From assembly GCA_015067705.1 (NCBI GenBank), contig SVLW01000003.1, forward strand, positions 3,928 to 67,927: 64,000 nt of DNA, read 5' to 3'. The DNA is from Oscillospiraceae bacterium (lineage in GTDB: Bacteria; Bacillota; Clostridia; Oscillospirales; QAMX01). The stretch's first letter is position 1. Each line of letters opens with the position of its first letter. Of this stretch, positions 17,699 to 27,804 are shown in pieces. Both the position numbers and the translations under genes were made by a program. The notes beneath the pieces were generated by a model. The model saw only the letters and a list, made by a program, of their open reading frames with translations, did not search any database and was not told where the DNA came from.

Positions 17699-18283
17699 TC
17701 AGTCTAAGACGCGGATGGTAGTGATCACGGGCTGGTCCTCCGGCGCGACTGCGCCGTAATAGCCCTTCAGAGTGGCGTCCGCTACCACCTGATCGATGAT
17801 CTCCATGCCCTCCGTGACCTGGCCGAAGGAGGCATAGAGGCCGTTTAACTGGGTATTGTCCTCCAGCATAATGAAGAACTGGCTGGAGGCGGAGTCATAT
17901 TCGCCTTCAAAGCCGCTGCCGCGCGCCATGGAGATCACGCCGCGGCGGTGGGAGATGGGGTTGCGGTGGCCGTTGGCGGCGAATTCGCCCTTGACGGACT
18001 GGCCGCTGCCGCCGGTACCGTCTCCTTTCGGACAGCCGCCCTGGATCACGAAGCCATACTCAATGCGATGGAAGGTGAGGCCGTCATAAAAGCCGTCCTC
18101 GGCAAGTTTGATGAAATTCCGCACGGTCTTGGGGGCGGTCTTGCCGTCCAGCTCCACGAATACGGAGCCGTAGTTCTCAATCACGATCTCCACATGATGG
18201 ATGCCGGCGCTGCAGCCGGAGAAGAGCGTCAGGGTCAGTGCAAGGCACAGGAAGAGTGCCGAAAGCTTTAAGAATCGTTTCAT
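17699..18283 (-). CDS. peptidyl-prolyl cis-trans isomerase, cyclophilin type (lipoprotein)
   Basis: Start at ATG 18283 (MKRFLKLSALFLCLALTLTLFSGC, lipobox) with an AAAGGAGA RBS. Cyclophilin motifs FHRIEYGFVIQGG and SQFFI. Confidence 0.9.
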   Translation of the reverse strand: MKRFLKLSALFLCLALTLTLFSGCSAGIHHVEIVIENYGSVFVELDGKTAPKTVRNFIKLAEDGFYDGLTFHRIEYGFVIQGGCPKGDGTGGSGQSVKGEFAANGHRNPISHRRGVISMARGSGFEGEYDSASSQFFIMLEDNTQLNGLYASFGQVTEGMEIIDQVVADATLKGYYGAVAPEDQPVITTIRVLD

Positions 18284-18420
18284 GGGGATTCTCCTTTTGG
18301 TATCATTCTCGGTGGAATCTATCATACCATTTTTTGCTGCATGAGGCAAGATTTTCCCGCGGAATCACAGTTTATTTACATTTTGGACAGAAATACCCCC
18401 GGAATGCGGAAAAATGGGGC

Positions 18421-18449
18421 TTGCAAATTCCAGAAATGTATGCTAAAAT
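18421..18449 (+). promoter_or_regulatory. sigma-A promoter candidate for the SLH-MltG-amidase gene
   Basis: TTGCAA (18421-18426), 17-nt spacer, TAAAAT (18444-18449), with a TG extended -10. Confidence 0.55.
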
Positions 18450-18493
18450 TGTTTGTAACCAAATTGTAATTGTTTTGACAGAAGGTGTAACCT

Positions 18494-20704
18494 ATGAAAC
18501 TGCGACGCGTTTTGGCGGCGTTTTTGACGGTGGCGCTCTTATTCACCGGGGTCGCCTCCGCCCAGGCGGCATATCTGGATACCGAGACCCACGAGGCACG
18601 GGATGCCATCGGGGAATGGAGCCGCTACGGCATTATTTTAGGATATGACGGCTATTTCCGGCCGGATGATTCCATCACCCGGGGGGAGATGGCCCTGATT
18701 TTAGACCGCATGGTGCATTATGAGACTGCCGCGGAGAATACCTTCCAGGATCTTTCGGACAGTTGGTACACGGAAGCGGTTCTGAAAGCCAATTACGCGG
18801 GGGTGATCCTGGGCTATGAGGGCCGGGTGCGGCCCCTGGACGAGATTTCCCGGGCGGAGGCCGTGGTGATGCTCTGCCGCACCTTTGACATCGAGGCGGA
18901 TGCCCGGGGCATTTACGCCTTTGCGGATGCGGACGAGATCCCTGTCTGGGCGGCGGGCGAAGTGGGCGCTCTGGCGCAGCGAAATGCCCTGCCCTTCGGG
19001 CGGGAATTCCGACAGGCACAGGCCATCACCCGCGCCGAAGTGATCCAGATTCTGGACGCGCTGTTTGAGGCCGTGTATTTTGACGCCGGGCAGTACCGGG
19101 AGGATATCCCCGGGAATGTGCTGGTGCTCTCCGAGGATGCGGTTTTGACGGACTGCATGATCGGCGGCAATGTATATGTGGCGGGCAATGCCCGACTGAC
19201 GGTATATGACGCGGTGATCCTGGGTGAGCTCTGCCCCCTGACGGAGACTGCGCTGATCGCGGTGACGGACGAGGCCCTGCCGGGCGAGCCGGAGCTGGAT
19301 ATGCCGGACGCACCGCTTCTGCCGGCGCCGGCCGGCGATATCACCGCAGAGCTGGACCTCAGCTATGGAAGCGAGGAGACCGTCACGGTGATCCTGCGGG
19401 CGGGACGAAGCCTCGCCCAGTTTGCGGAGCTTTTGGAAGAAAAGGGCGTCTGTCCTGCGTCGGCGTTCCTGAACGTCTGCCAGCAGGTGGATTTCTCCCG
19501 GTATTATCCCTGGCTGGCGGATTCCTATGCGGCGGAGAACCGACTCTTTGATCTGGAGGGCTATTTCCTGCCGGGCAGCTATGCGCTCCATCCGGGCTCC
19601 TCCCCTGCCCTGGTGGCAAAGACCCTGCTGGACGAAACCGCGGCGGTGATCCCGGGGTATCTGGCCCAGGCACAGGCCATGGGCCACAGTCTGGACGAAG
19701 TGCTCACCATCGCATCCATCATTGAAAAGGAAGTGGGCAACTGTACGGCGCAGGATCGCGCCACGGTGGCCTCCATCATCTATAATCGTCTGGAGCAGGG
19801 CATGAAGCTTCAGATGAACGTCACGGAAAACTATCTGGAGAACTACGTCCTCCCCTATACCGACGCGGATCAGGAGACGTATGAGCCCTATTATAACTCC
19901 TATCTCTGCCGGGGTCTGCCGGCGGGGCCCATCTGTTTCCCCCGGGCGGACTGTATCGAGGCGGCGCTCTCCCCCTATGCGATGGATTATCTCTTCTTCC
20001 GCTCCGACCGCCACGGCAATATTTATTACGCCGTGACCTATGAGGAGCACGTGGAAAATGGACGGCGCGCCGAACAGGCCACGGGATACCTGGGGTATCT
20101 GGGCAGTGTGACGGTGGGCGCCGAGGAACAGCAGGAGGCCTTTATCCCCACGGACGGCCGCTTCTCCGGCGTGACGGTTCTTCTTGATCCCGGTCATGGC
20201 GGCACGGATACCGGCGCCTATGTGGGCTCTGCCTCCGAGGATGAGATCGTACTGGCAGTGGCACTGAAGCTGCGGCCGCTTTTATGGCAGGAGGGCATTC
20301 AGGTGGTGATGACCCGGGACGGGGACTATGCCGTGTCCCGTGCCGACCGCGTGGCGCTGGCAAACGAGACCGCGCCGGATCTGCTGCTGTCCCTCCACTG
20401 CAATTCCTATGAGGCGGAGAGCGATGTGCGGGGCGTGGAGAGCCGCTATGCCGCCGGGGATACCCGGGACCGGGACTTCGCCGCCGTGCTTCAGGAGGCA
20501 CTGGTGAGCGCCACCGGCGCGGTGGACCGGGGCCTTGGCGAGAATTCCTCCACCGTTTTGACGGATACCGCCTGCACCGCCGCCATGGTGCGGCTGGGCT
20601 TCCTGACAAATCCCGGGGAGCATGACCTGCTCCTGACGGAAGCGTATCAGGAGACCCTGGCTCAGGCGCTGGCCAGCGCCATTTTCAAACAGCTTTCCCT
20701 GTGA
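18494..20704 (+). CDS. tri-modular cell-wall enzyme: SLH repeats + YceG/MltG-like lytic transglycosylase + N-acetylmuramoyl-L-alanine amidase (Amidase_3)
   Basis: 736 aa. Signal peptide. Three SLH-like repeats (residues ~25-195). MltG block (IASIIEKEV...ASIIYNRL...YNSYLCRGLPAGPICFP). C-terminal amidase block (VLLDPGHGGTDTGA...LLLSLHCNS...GFLTNPGE). Confidence 0.8.
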   Translation: MKLRRVLAAFLTVALLFTGVASAQAAYLDTETHEARDAIGEWSRYGIILGYDGYFRPDDSITRGEMALILDRMVHYETAAENTFQDLSDSWYTEAVLKANYAGVILGYEGRVRPLDEISRAEAVVMLCRTFDIEADARGIYAFADADEIPVWAAGEVGALAQRNALPFGREFRQAQAITRAEVIQILDALFEAVYFDAGQYREDIPGNVLVLSEDAVLTDCMIGGNVYVAGNARLTVYDAVILGELCPLTETALIAVTDEALPGEPELDMPDAPLLPAPAGDITAELDLSYGSEETVTVILRAGRSLAQFAELLEEKGVCPASAFLNVCQQVDFSRYYPWLADSYAAENRLFDLEGYFLPGSYALHPGSSPALVAKTLLDETAAVIPGYLAQAQAMGHSLDEVLTIASIIEKEVGNCTAQDRATVASIIYNRLEQGMKLQMNVTENYLENYVLPYTDADQETYEPYYNSYLCRGLPAGPICFPRADCIEAALSPYAMDYLFFRSDRHGNIYYAVTYEEHVENGRRAEQATGYLGYLGSVTVGAEEQQEAFIPTDGRFSGVTVLLDPGHGGTDTGAYVGSASEDEIVLAVALKLRPLLWQEGIQVVMTRDGDYAVSRADRVALANETAPDLLLSLHCNSYEAESDVRGVESRYAAGDTRDRDFAAVLQEALVSATGAVDRGLGENSSTVLTDTACTAAMVRLGFLTNPGEHDLLLTEAYQETLAQALASAIFKQLSL

Positions 20705-20745
20705 TCATACGGCAAAATCCGTGTGACAATAGATAACACACAAAA

Positions 20746-20792
20746 GCCGCGCCCGGGAACCATCGCTGGTTTCCGGGCGCGGCGACTTTTTT
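20746..20792. terminator. bidirectional terminator between convergent genes
   Basis: 16-bp stem gccgcgcccgggaacc / ggtttccgggcgcggc (20746-20761, 20768-20783), followed by a T-run at 20787-20792. Confidence 0.8.
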
Positions 20793-20800
20793 GTCTTTTC

Positions 20801-22018
20801 TTACACTTCCTGCAGGAAGCGGCGCATGAGGTCGGGGCCGTGCTCGATGAAGAGGCCGGTGGAGGCGGCGCAGCGCTCATCGTAATGGGGCACGGAATAC
20901 GCCCCTGTGTCCTCGGTGGAACGATAGAGCACGAAGGGCACCGGGTCGCGGGCATGGGTCATGGTGGAGATGGGCGTGGGATGATCCGGCAGGATCAGAA
21001 TGCTGTAGGGCTCCCCTAAGCGCTCCAGATGCTCCACCACCGGGGCCACAATGCGCTGGTCAATGCGCTCTAAGGACACGATCTTGCCCTCGGTATCGGC
21101 GTGGTGGCCGCACTCGTCGGGGCCTTCCAGATGGATATAGACGAAGTCCTGACCACGGGACAGGGCATCACAGGCCGCGGCGGCCTTGCCCTCGTAATTG
21201 GTGTCCAGAGTGCCGGTGACGTTCTCCACGTCGATGCTCTCAAAGCCGGCGCAGAGGCCGATGCCCTTGATGAGGTCAACGGCGGAGATGACGGTGCCGG
21301 TCTTGCCGTGGAGGTCATGGAATTTGTCAAGAGCCGGGCGTCTGCCCTCGCCCCAGAACCAACAGGTGTTGGCGGGATTGAGACCCCGGGCGATGCGGTC
21401 CAGATTCACAGGATGGTTCCGGAGGATCTCCCGGGAGCGTTTCATCAGGTCGAGAAGCAGTTCGCCATAGACGCCTTTGGGCAGGTATTCCGCGATGGGG
21501 CGGCCGGTGATGTCATGGGGCGGGGTGCAGTCCGTGCCGGTCTCGGCATGGTGCAGCACCAGGCAGTGACGATAGCTGACGCCGGGATAGAGATCCCGAA
21601 GCTCGCTGTTCAGTTCTTTTGCAACGTCCTGGATGAGAATTTTCGCTTCCTCCGTGGTGATCTCACCGGCGGAGTAGTCCACCATAGTGGCGTCCTCATA
21701 GCGTTCGGTATCGGAGATGGTGACGATATTGCAGCGCAGGGCCACGTCGTCGTCGGCCAGATCGATGCCCATACTAACGGCCTCCAGAGGAGAACGGCCG
21801 GTATAGCACACCGTGGGGTCATAGCCCATGACGGAGAGATTGGCGGTGTCAGAGCCGGGCTTTACGCTGTCCGGCACGGTCTTGACGATGCCGCTGATGC
21901 CGTGCTGGGCCAGGCGGGCGATATGCGGGGTGTTCGCGGCCTCAAGAGGCGTGCGGCCGGAGAGGGCCTCCAGCGGATAATCCGCCGCGCCGTCCGTTAA
22001 TACGATGACATATTTCAT
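20801..22018 (-). CDS. apgM: cofactor-independent phosphoglycerate mutase family protein (ApgM-type metalloenzyme)
   Basis: Start at ATG 22018 (MKYVIVLTDGAADYPLEAL...GRTPLEAANTP...). Alkaline-phosphatase-superfamily metal ligands (DGAAD, HLEGPDECGH). Confidence 0.75.
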   Translation of the reverse strand: MKYVIVLTDGAADYPLEALSGRTPLEAANTPHIARLAQHGISGIVKTVPDSVKPGSDTANLSVMGYDPTVCYTGRSPLEAVSMGIDLADDDVALRCNIVTISDTERYEDATMVDYSAGEITTEEAKILIQDVAKELNSELRDLYPGVSYRHCLVLHHAETGTDCTPPHDITGRPIAEYLPKGVYGELLLDLMKRSREILRNHPVNLDRIARGLNPANTCWFWGEGRRPALDKFHDLHGKTGTVISAVDLIKGIGLCAGFESIDVENVTGTLDTNYEGKAAAACDALSRGQDFVYIHLEGPDECGHHADTEGKIVSLERIDQRIVAPVVEHLERLGEPYSILILPDHPTPISTMTHARDPVPFVLYRSTEDTGAYSVPHYDERCAASTGLFIEHGPDLMRRFLQEV

Positions 22019-22093
22019 GGAAAGATCCTTCTTTCGTAGGGTTTGATTCCTTATTTTATCATAGATCGAGTGCTGCCGCAAGATGGACGTGGC

Positions 22094-22852
22094 TTAGCCG
22101 ATGAGGGTGTCCATAAAGAGCATGACGATAAAGCCGATGAGCAGGGCATAAGTGGCGCCCCGGGCGAAGCCATGGCTGTGGGTCTCCGGGATCATGTCGT
22201 TCGAGATCACATAGAGCATGGTGCCGCCGGCGAAGCAGAGGGCAAAGGGCAGCATAAAGGTGGCAACGGACACGGCCAGATAGCCGAAGAGCGTGCCGAG
22301 GACCTCCACAAGGCCGGTGGCCAGAGCGATCCAGAAGGTGCGGCTGCGGCTGATGCCGGCGGCCAGCATGGGGGCGATGATGACCATGCCCTCGGGGACA
22401 TTCTGCAGGGCGATGCCCGCCGCCACAGAGAAGGCGTCCGCGGTGTCGCCGGTGCCGAAGCTGACGCCGGCGGCGATGCCCTCGGGGAAATTATGGATGG
22501 CGATGGCCATGACGAACAAGAGGATTTTATTCAACTGCTGCAGGTCGCCCGAGTGGGAATTCGGGTCGATGCCTGCCATCTGGTGGAGATGGGGCACAAT
22601 GCGGTCGATGAGGTTTAAGAAGGCCGCGCCGGCCAGGATGCCCACGGCGGCGATCAGGGCGGCATACTTTCCGCCATGCTCCATGCCGGGCAGGATCAGG
22701 CCCAGAATCGCCGCGGCCAGCATGACGCCGGCGGCAAAGCTTAAAATCAAGTCGTTCCATTTATGGGAAATGCGTTTCACCAAAAAGCCCAGAAGCGCAC
22801 CGATGACGGTGGAGCCGCCGATGCCCAGGGCTGTGAGTAATACTTGCTGCAT
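22094..22852 (-). CDS. ZIP-family divalent metal (zinc) transporter
   Basis: 252 aa, about 8 TM segments. The HNFPEG and QNVPEG motifs are characteristic of ZupT-like permeases. Confidence 0.85.
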   Translation of the reverse strand: MQQVLLTALGIGGSTVIGALLGFLVKRISHKWNDLILSFAAGVMLAAAILGLILPGMEHGGKYAALIAAVGILAGAAFLNLIDRIVPHLHQMAGIDPNSHSGDLQQLNKILLFVMAIAIHNFPEGIAAGVSFGTGDTADAFSVAAGIALQNVPEGMVIIAPMLAAGISRSRTFWIALATGLVEVLGTLFGYLAVSVATFMLPFALCFAGGTMLYVISNDMIPETHSHGFARGATYALLIGFIVMLFMDTLIG

Positions 22853-22984
22853 AGGGTCCTCCTCGGTAGATCAAATTGGCAGGGACTGCCCTGTGGTTCC
22901 TTCATGAAGATATCACCTTTCGTCGCCGCTGTCAAGCGGAGAGTGTCATGATACAGCATATGCGGGCAGGATGGATCCCGTGCG

Positions 22985-23039
22985 AAAAAATAAAGCTGCA
23001 ATACACAGCAGGGCGAACCTTCCTGTGTGTTGCAGCTTT
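22985..23039 (-). terminator. terminator of the alpha operon (after rplQ)
   Basis: 17-bp imperfect stem aaagctgcaatacacag / ctgtgtgttgcagcttt (22992-23008, 23023-23039). On the minus strand it is followed by a T-run. Confidence 0.65.
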
Positions 23040-23070
23040 ATCTATACCTTACATCAAATCGTGGCGAAAC

Positions 23071-23412
23071 TTACACCAGCTCGATGATGGCCATTTCGGC
23101 GGCATCGCCGCGGCGCGGGCCCGTCTTGATGATACGGGTGTAACCGCCGTTGCGCTCCTTGTACTTCGGGGCGATCTCGTCAAACAGCTTCACGACGACG
23201 TCTTCCTTCGTCACGAAAGCAAGTGCCTGACGCTTTGCAGCAAGACTACCGTTCTTGCCCAAAGTGATCATTTTCTCCGCCAGCGGACGGACTTCCTTAG
23301 CACGGGTCACGGTGGTCTCGATTCTGCCGTTCTCCAGCAGATAGGTCACCATTGCCCGGAGCATTGCCATTCTATGATCGGTCTTTCTGCCGAGCTTGCG
23401 GGGCATAGACAA
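23071..23412 (-). CDS. rplQ: 50S ribosomal protein L17
   Basis: [21 protein letters not shown]...; position after rpoA. Confidence 0.95.
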   Translation of the reverse strand: MSMPRKLGRKTDHRMAMLRAMVTYLLENGRIETTVTRAKEVRPLAEKMITLGKNGSLAAKRQALAFVTKEDVVVKLFDEIAPKYKERNGGYTRIIKTGPRRGDAAEMAIIELV

Positions 23413-23454
23413 TTCCTCCTTAATGCGTCTTTCGGGTGGGGAGTGCGGCTCCCT

Positions 23455-24402
23455 TTATTCCTCGTTCTTCTGAAGCGACAGGCCCATCGCACTCAGCTTG
23501 TTCATAACCTCTTCCAGGCTCTTGCGGCCCAGGTTACGAACCTTCATCATCTCGTCCTCGGTCTTGTCGATCAGGTCCTCAACGGTGTTGATGCCTGCGC
23601 GCTTCAAGCAGTTGAAGCTGCGGACGCTGAGATCCAGTTCTTCGATGGTCATTTCAAGGACCTTCTCGTACTGGGCCTCCACGCGCTCCACCACGGTGGA
23701 ACGGGAACCAACTTCCTCAGACAGATCGATGAAGTGGACAAGCAGGTCACTCAGGATCTTGGCGGACCAGGAGATTGCCTCCTGTGCCGTCAGGGTTCCG
23801 TTGGTCCAAACTTCCAGAATCAGCCTGTCGTAATCTGTTACATTGCCTACTCGGGTGTTTTCAACAGCATAGTTGACTTTGTAAACCGGAGTATAAATGG
23901 AGTCCACAGGGATGAGACCAATAATGGACTGGGCGGGCTTATTCCGCTCTGCGGAGACATAGCCGCGGCCATGACTGAAGGTCAGTTCCATATTGAGGTG
24001 AGCATCTGCGCCCAGAGTGGCGATATGCCAATCCGGATTCAGAATCTCCACTTCACCATCCGCCTTGATGTCACCGGCGCACACATCGCACTCGCCGACC
24101 GCGTTGATATACACGATCTTCGGGGCCTGGGTGTGCAGGCGGGCAATGATGCCCTTGACATTCAAAACGATCTCTGTAACATCCTCTTTGACTCCGGGGA
24201 TAGTGGAAAATTCGTGCTGAACACCATTTATCTTAATACTTGTAACCGCTGCACCGGGCAATGAAGAGAGCAGGATTCTCCGCAAAGAATTGCCCAGGGT
24301 CGTACCATAACCTCTTTCCAGAGGTTCTACTACGAATCTGCCGTAGGAACCGTCCTCGGACATCTCAGCACATTCAATGCGGGGCTTATCGATCTCTATC
24401 AT
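23455..24402 (-). CDS. rpoA: DNA-directed RNA polymerase subunit alpha
   Basis: Start at ATG 24402 ([10 protein letters not shown]...) with a GGAGGG RBS. Alpha NTD and CTD ([17 protein letters not shown]). Confidence 0.95.
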   Translation of the reverse strand: MIEIDKPRIECAEMSEDGSYGRFVVEPLERGYGTTLGNSLRRILLSSLPGAAVTSIKINGVQHEFSTIPGVKEDVTEIVLNVKGIIARLHTQAPKIVYINAVGECDVCAGDIKADGEVEILNPDWHIATLGADAHLNMELTFSHGRGYVSAERNKPAQSIIGLIPVDSIYTPVYKVNYAVENTRVGNVTDYDRLILEVWTNGTLTAQEAISWSAKILSDLLVHFIDLSEEVGSRSTVVERVEAQYEKVLEMTIEELDLSVRSFNCLKRAGINTVEDLIDKTEDEMMKVRNLGRKSLEEVMNKLSAMGLSLQKNEE

Positions 24403-24516
24403 GAATTCATACCCTCCTTGCGTTAATACGCATGCACGTGATGGTTTTCGGCGTACCATGAGCATTTTGATCATGCGGCAAGAGCTTGCCGCAGATCAAA
24501 CGCCCGATTGTCAGGA

Positions 24517-25143
24517 TTACTTGGAGTACAACTCGACGATGTAGTGCTCTTCGATGGGAAGATCAATATCGTCGCGCTCGGGCATGGTAACGAAGGTACC
24601 TTCGAGCTTTTCCACATTGAGGGACAGCCACTTCGGAATGGGCTTGGAGGCGTTGGCTTCCAGAATAGCCTTGAACTTCTCGGAGGAACGGCTGCCGTCC
24701 TTCAGAGCGATGACATCGCCGGGCTTGCACAGGTAAGACGGGATGTTGACCTTCTTGCCGTTGACCTCAAAGTGGCCGTGACGCACGAGCTGACGTGCCT
24801 CAGGACGGGACATTGCGAAGCCAAGACGATAAACAATGTTATCAAGACGGCTCTCGAGGATGAACAGGAGGTTCTCACCAGTAACACCCTTGCGCTTCTC
24901 AGCGAGCTCAAAGTAGTGTTCGAACTGGCCCTCGAGAACGCAGTAGTATCTTCTGACCTTCTGCTTCTCACGGAGCTGGATGCCGTACTCGCTGCGCTTC
25001 TTGCGGGCCTGGCCATGCTGGCCGGGGGCAAAGTTGCGGCGGGAGAGGGCGCACTTGCCAGTATAGCATCTATCGCCCTTCAGGAAGAGCTTTTCACCTT
25101 CACGGCGGCACAGCTTACATACCGCACCGGTATATCTTGCCAT
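24517..25143 (-). CDS. rpsD: 30S ribosomal protein S4
   Basis: [16 protein letters not shown]...; 208 aa. Confidence 0.95.
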   Translation of the reverse strand: MARYTGAVCKLCRREGEKLFLKGDRCYTGKCALSRRNFAPGQHGQARKKRSEYGIQLREKQKVRRYYCVLEGQFEHYFELAEKRKGVTGENLLFILESRLDNIVYRLGFAMSRPEARQLVRHGHFEVNGKKVNIPSYLCKPGDVIALKDGSRSSEKFKAILEANASKPIPKWLSLNVEKLEGTFVTMPERDDIDLPIEEHYIVELYSK

Positions 25144-25164
25144 AACAGTAACCTCCTAATTCGA

Positions 25165-25566
25165 TTAGACGCGGCGACGCTTGGGCGGGCGGCATCCATT
25201 GTGGGGGATGGGGGTGACGTCCTTGATCAGGCTCACCTCGAGACCTGCGGCCTGCAGTGCACGGATGGCGGCTTCACGGCCGGAACCGGGGCCCTTGACA
25301 TACACTTCAACGCTCTTCAGGCCATGCTCCATTGCGTTCTTGGCAGCAGTCTCAGCAGCGGACTGTGCAGCAAAGGGAGTGGACTTACGGGAACCGCGGA
25401 AGCCGAGGCCGCCGGCGGAAGCCCATGCGATGGCATTACCGGCAACGTCGGTAATGGTCACGATGGTATTGTTAAAGGAGGCGCGGATATGAGCCTGACC
25501 CTTTTCGATATTCTTACGTTCACGACGTCTTCTGACGGTGGTAGTTCTTTTGGATTTAGGCGGCAT
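25165..25566 (-). CDS. rpsK: 30S ribosomal protein S11
   Basis: [18 protein letters not shown]...[13 protein letters not shown]. Confidence 0.95.
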   Translation of the reverse strand: MPPKSKRTTTVRRRRERKNIEKGQAHIRASFNNTIVTITDVAGNAIAWASAGGLGFRGSRKSTPFAAQSAAETAAKNAMEHGLKSVEVYVKGPGSGREAAIRALQAAGLEVSLIKDVTPIPHNGCRPPKRRRV

Positions 25567-25578
25567 TTTAGTCCCTCC

Positions 25579-25947
25579 TTACTTTCTCTTATTGGCGATT
25601 GCCTTTGCCGGGCCCTTACGGGTTCTGGCATTGGTACGGGTGCGCTGACCACGAACCGGCAGGCCTCTTCTGTGGCGCAGGCCACGATAGGAACCGATTT
25701 CGATCAGACGCTTGATGTCCAGTGCCACGTCACGGCGAAGGTCGCCTTCGACGCGGTAGGAGTTATCAATAGCCTCACGGAGCTTGGAAACGTCGTCCTC
25801 GTTCAGATCACGAACACGGATGTCGGGATCAACGCCGGTCTCCTTGAGGATATCGCGGGAGCTCTTCAGACCGATACCATAGATGTAGGTCAGAGCAACT
25901 TCAATTCTTTTATCTCTGGGAAGGTCAACGCCTGCTATACGTGCCAT
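25579..25947 (-). CDS. rpsM: 30S ribosomal protein S13
   Basis: [26 protein letters not shown]... Confidence 0.95.
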   Translation of the reverse strand: MARIAGVDLPRDKRIEVALTYIYGIGLKSSRDILKETGVDPDIRVRDLNEDDVSKLREAIDNSYRVEGDLRRDVALDIKRLIEIGSYRGLRHRRGLPVRGQRTRTNARTRKGPAKAIANKRK

Positions 25948-25966
25948 ATTGTAACGTACCTCCTAA

Positions 25967-26080
25967 TTAACCCTGTCTCTGCTTATGCTTCGGCTTTTCG
26001 CAGATGATCATGAGACGACCCTTACGGCGAATGAGCTTGCACTTTTCGCACATGGGCTTCACGGACGGTCTAACTTTCAT
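25967..26080 (-). CDS. rpmJ: 50S ribosomal protein L36 (zinc-binding C+ form)
   Basis: Not in the ORF track (too short). Hand translation gives [37 protein letters not shown], 37 aa, between infA and rpsM. Confidence 0.9.
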   Translation of the reverse strand: MKVRPSVKPMCEKCKLIRRKGRLMIICEKPKHKQRQG

Positions 26081-26116
26081 AATGAAACCAACCTTTCTGC
26101 AAATAACGGTTCTTGC

Positions 26117-26335
26117 TTACTTGGAACGCCAGGTGATTCTGCCGCGGGTCAGATCATACGGCGACATCTGCACCGTGACCTTGTCACCCGGGAGAATACG
26201 GATGAAGTTCATTCTAAGCTTACCGGAAATATGTGATAAAATACGGTGCCCGTTTGCAAGTTCCACAGTGAACATTGCATTCGGCAGCGCCTCTATGACG
26301 GTACCCTCGAGCTCGATGATGTCTTCCTTAGCCAA
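26117..26335 (-). CDS. infA: translation initiation factor IF-1
   Basis: [26 protein letters not shown]...; 72 aa. Confidence 0.95.
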   Translation of the reverse strand: MAKEDIIELEGTVIEALPNAMFTVELANGHRILSHISGKLRMNFIRILPGDKVTVQMSPYDLTRGRITWRSK

Positions 26336-26410
26336 GCTAATATACCTCCATAAAACTGTAACGGGAATTTCGGTCCGCTGTGTTTCAAACGTTTCTGACG
26401 GCCAGGGGGC

Positions 26411-27160
26411 TCATTCCCACTGGGTGAGCAGCACGGGATCACCGGTGGTGATCAGCACGCTGTGCTCATAATGGGCGGAGAGGCTCTGGTCAACTGTCTT
26501 GACTGTCCACCGGTCGGGCATCACTTTCACGTCAAAAGAACCGGCGTTAATCATCGGTTCAATGGCGATCGTCATGCCGGGCAGGAGGCGCGGTCCATGA
26601 CCGGGTTTTCCGAAGTTGGGTACTTCCGGGTCTTCATGGAGCTGGCGGCCCACACCGTGTCCGATGAACTGCCGCACCACACCAAAGCCAAAGCTTTCGG
26701 CGTACTCCTGAATCGCATGAGAGATATCGGAGATCCGATAGCCGACCCGTGCAAATTTGATACCCTCATAGAAACTCTGTCTGGTCACATCCATGAGTTT
26801 GCGGGCCTCGGCACTGACCTCTCCCACCGCGAAGGTGGCGGCGCAGTCGCCGTGAAAGCCCTCAAAGTACGCGCCCACATCGATCTTCACAAGATCGCCC
26901 TCATTGATCTTACGGGATCCGGGGATGCCGTGGATCACTTCGTCGTTGACGCTGACGCAGGCGCTGGCGGGGAAGCCGCCGTAGCCCAGGAAAGAGGGCT
27001 TTGCGCCGTGAGCCAGGATGGCGTCATGGACGGCACGATCGATCTCGCGGGTGGTCACGCCGGGGCGGATCACAGCGCGGGCCGCCTGCATGGCGGCAGC
27101 TGTGATCGCACCGGATTTTTGCATGGATGCAATTTCTTTGGAATTTTTCAGCGTAATCAT
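26411..27160 (-). CDS. map: type I methionine aminopeptidase
   Basis: 249 aa. Metal-ligand blocks DVGAYFEGFHGD and FIGHGVG. Confidence 0.93.
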   Translation of the reverse strand: MITLKNSKEIASMQKSGAITAAAMQAARAVIRPGVTTREIDRAVHDAILAHGAKPSFLGYGGFPASACVSVNDEVIHGIPGSRKINEGDLVKIDVGAYFEGFHGDCAATFAVGEVSAEARKLMDVTRQSFYEGIKFARVGYRISDISHAIQEYAESFGFGVVRQFIGHGVGRQLHEDPEVPNFGKPGHGPRLLPGMTIAIEPMINAGSFDVKVMPDRWTVKTVDQSLSAHYEHSVLITTGDPVLLTQWE

Positions 27161-27789
27161 TCGATTCCCAATGCCTCATTGATGGCTACGGCCACTTCGG
27201 GCAGCGGCTTTTCGCCATCCACGGTCTTCAGAAGGCCGCGTTCACGGTAATAAGCGATGAGAGGCTCCGTCTGGTCATGATAAACCTTCAGACGGCCCTT
27301 CACCACTTCAGGATCATCATCGGGACGGACGATCAGATCGGCACCGCAGAGGTCGCACTTGCCCTCGGTCTTGGGGGCGTTGTGGACCACATGATAGGTG
27401 GCGCCGCAGCCCGGGCAGGTTCTTCTGCCGGACATACGGGAGACGATCGCCGTATCAGGAACAAAAATCTCGATTACCGCATCCACACCGCAGATCTCGC
27501 CCAGAGCGTCTGCCTGGGGGACCGTGCGGGGGAAACCGTCGAGCAGGAAGCCGTTTTCACAATCTGCCTGCGCAATGCGGTTTTTCAGAAGCTCGATCAC
27601 GAGAGCGTCCGGAACCAGAGAACCGGACTCCACCAGAGCGCGGACCTTCATGCCCAGCTCGGTGCCGCTCTTGATCTCAGAGCGAATGATGTTGCCGGTG
27701 GAAACCTGGGGAATGCCCAGCTTTTCACACAGCATTTCTGCCTGTGTGCCCTTACCGGCACCAGGTGCACCCAGAAGAATCAGCTTCAT
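27157..27789 (-). CDS. adk: adenylate kinase (zinc-lid form)
   Basis: P-loop GAPGAGKGTQ; lid CPGCG...CDLCG. Confidence 0.95.
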   Translation of the reverse strand: MKLILLGAPGAGKGTQAEMLCEKLGIPQVSTGNIIRSEIKSGTELGMKVRALVESGSLVPDALVIELLKNRIAQADCENGFLLDGFPRTVPQADALGEICGVDAVIEIFVPDTAIVSRMSGRRTCPGCGATYHVVHNAPKTEGKCDLCGADLIVRPDDDPEVVKGRLKVYHDQTEPLIAYYRERGLLKTVDGEKPLPEVAVAINEALGIE

Positions 27790-27804
27790 AAGTGCCTCCT
27801 TCTC

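Noticed and set aside
24508-26007. 499-aa plus-strand ORF; similar long ORFs at 27277-28932, 32361-33641, 18701-20197, 57922-59178 and 40139-41668
   Set aside because: All are antisense to, or out of frame with, genes that have unmistakable conserved motifs (ribosomal proteins, SecY, MltG, cysteine desulfurase). None has a recognisable domain or start context.
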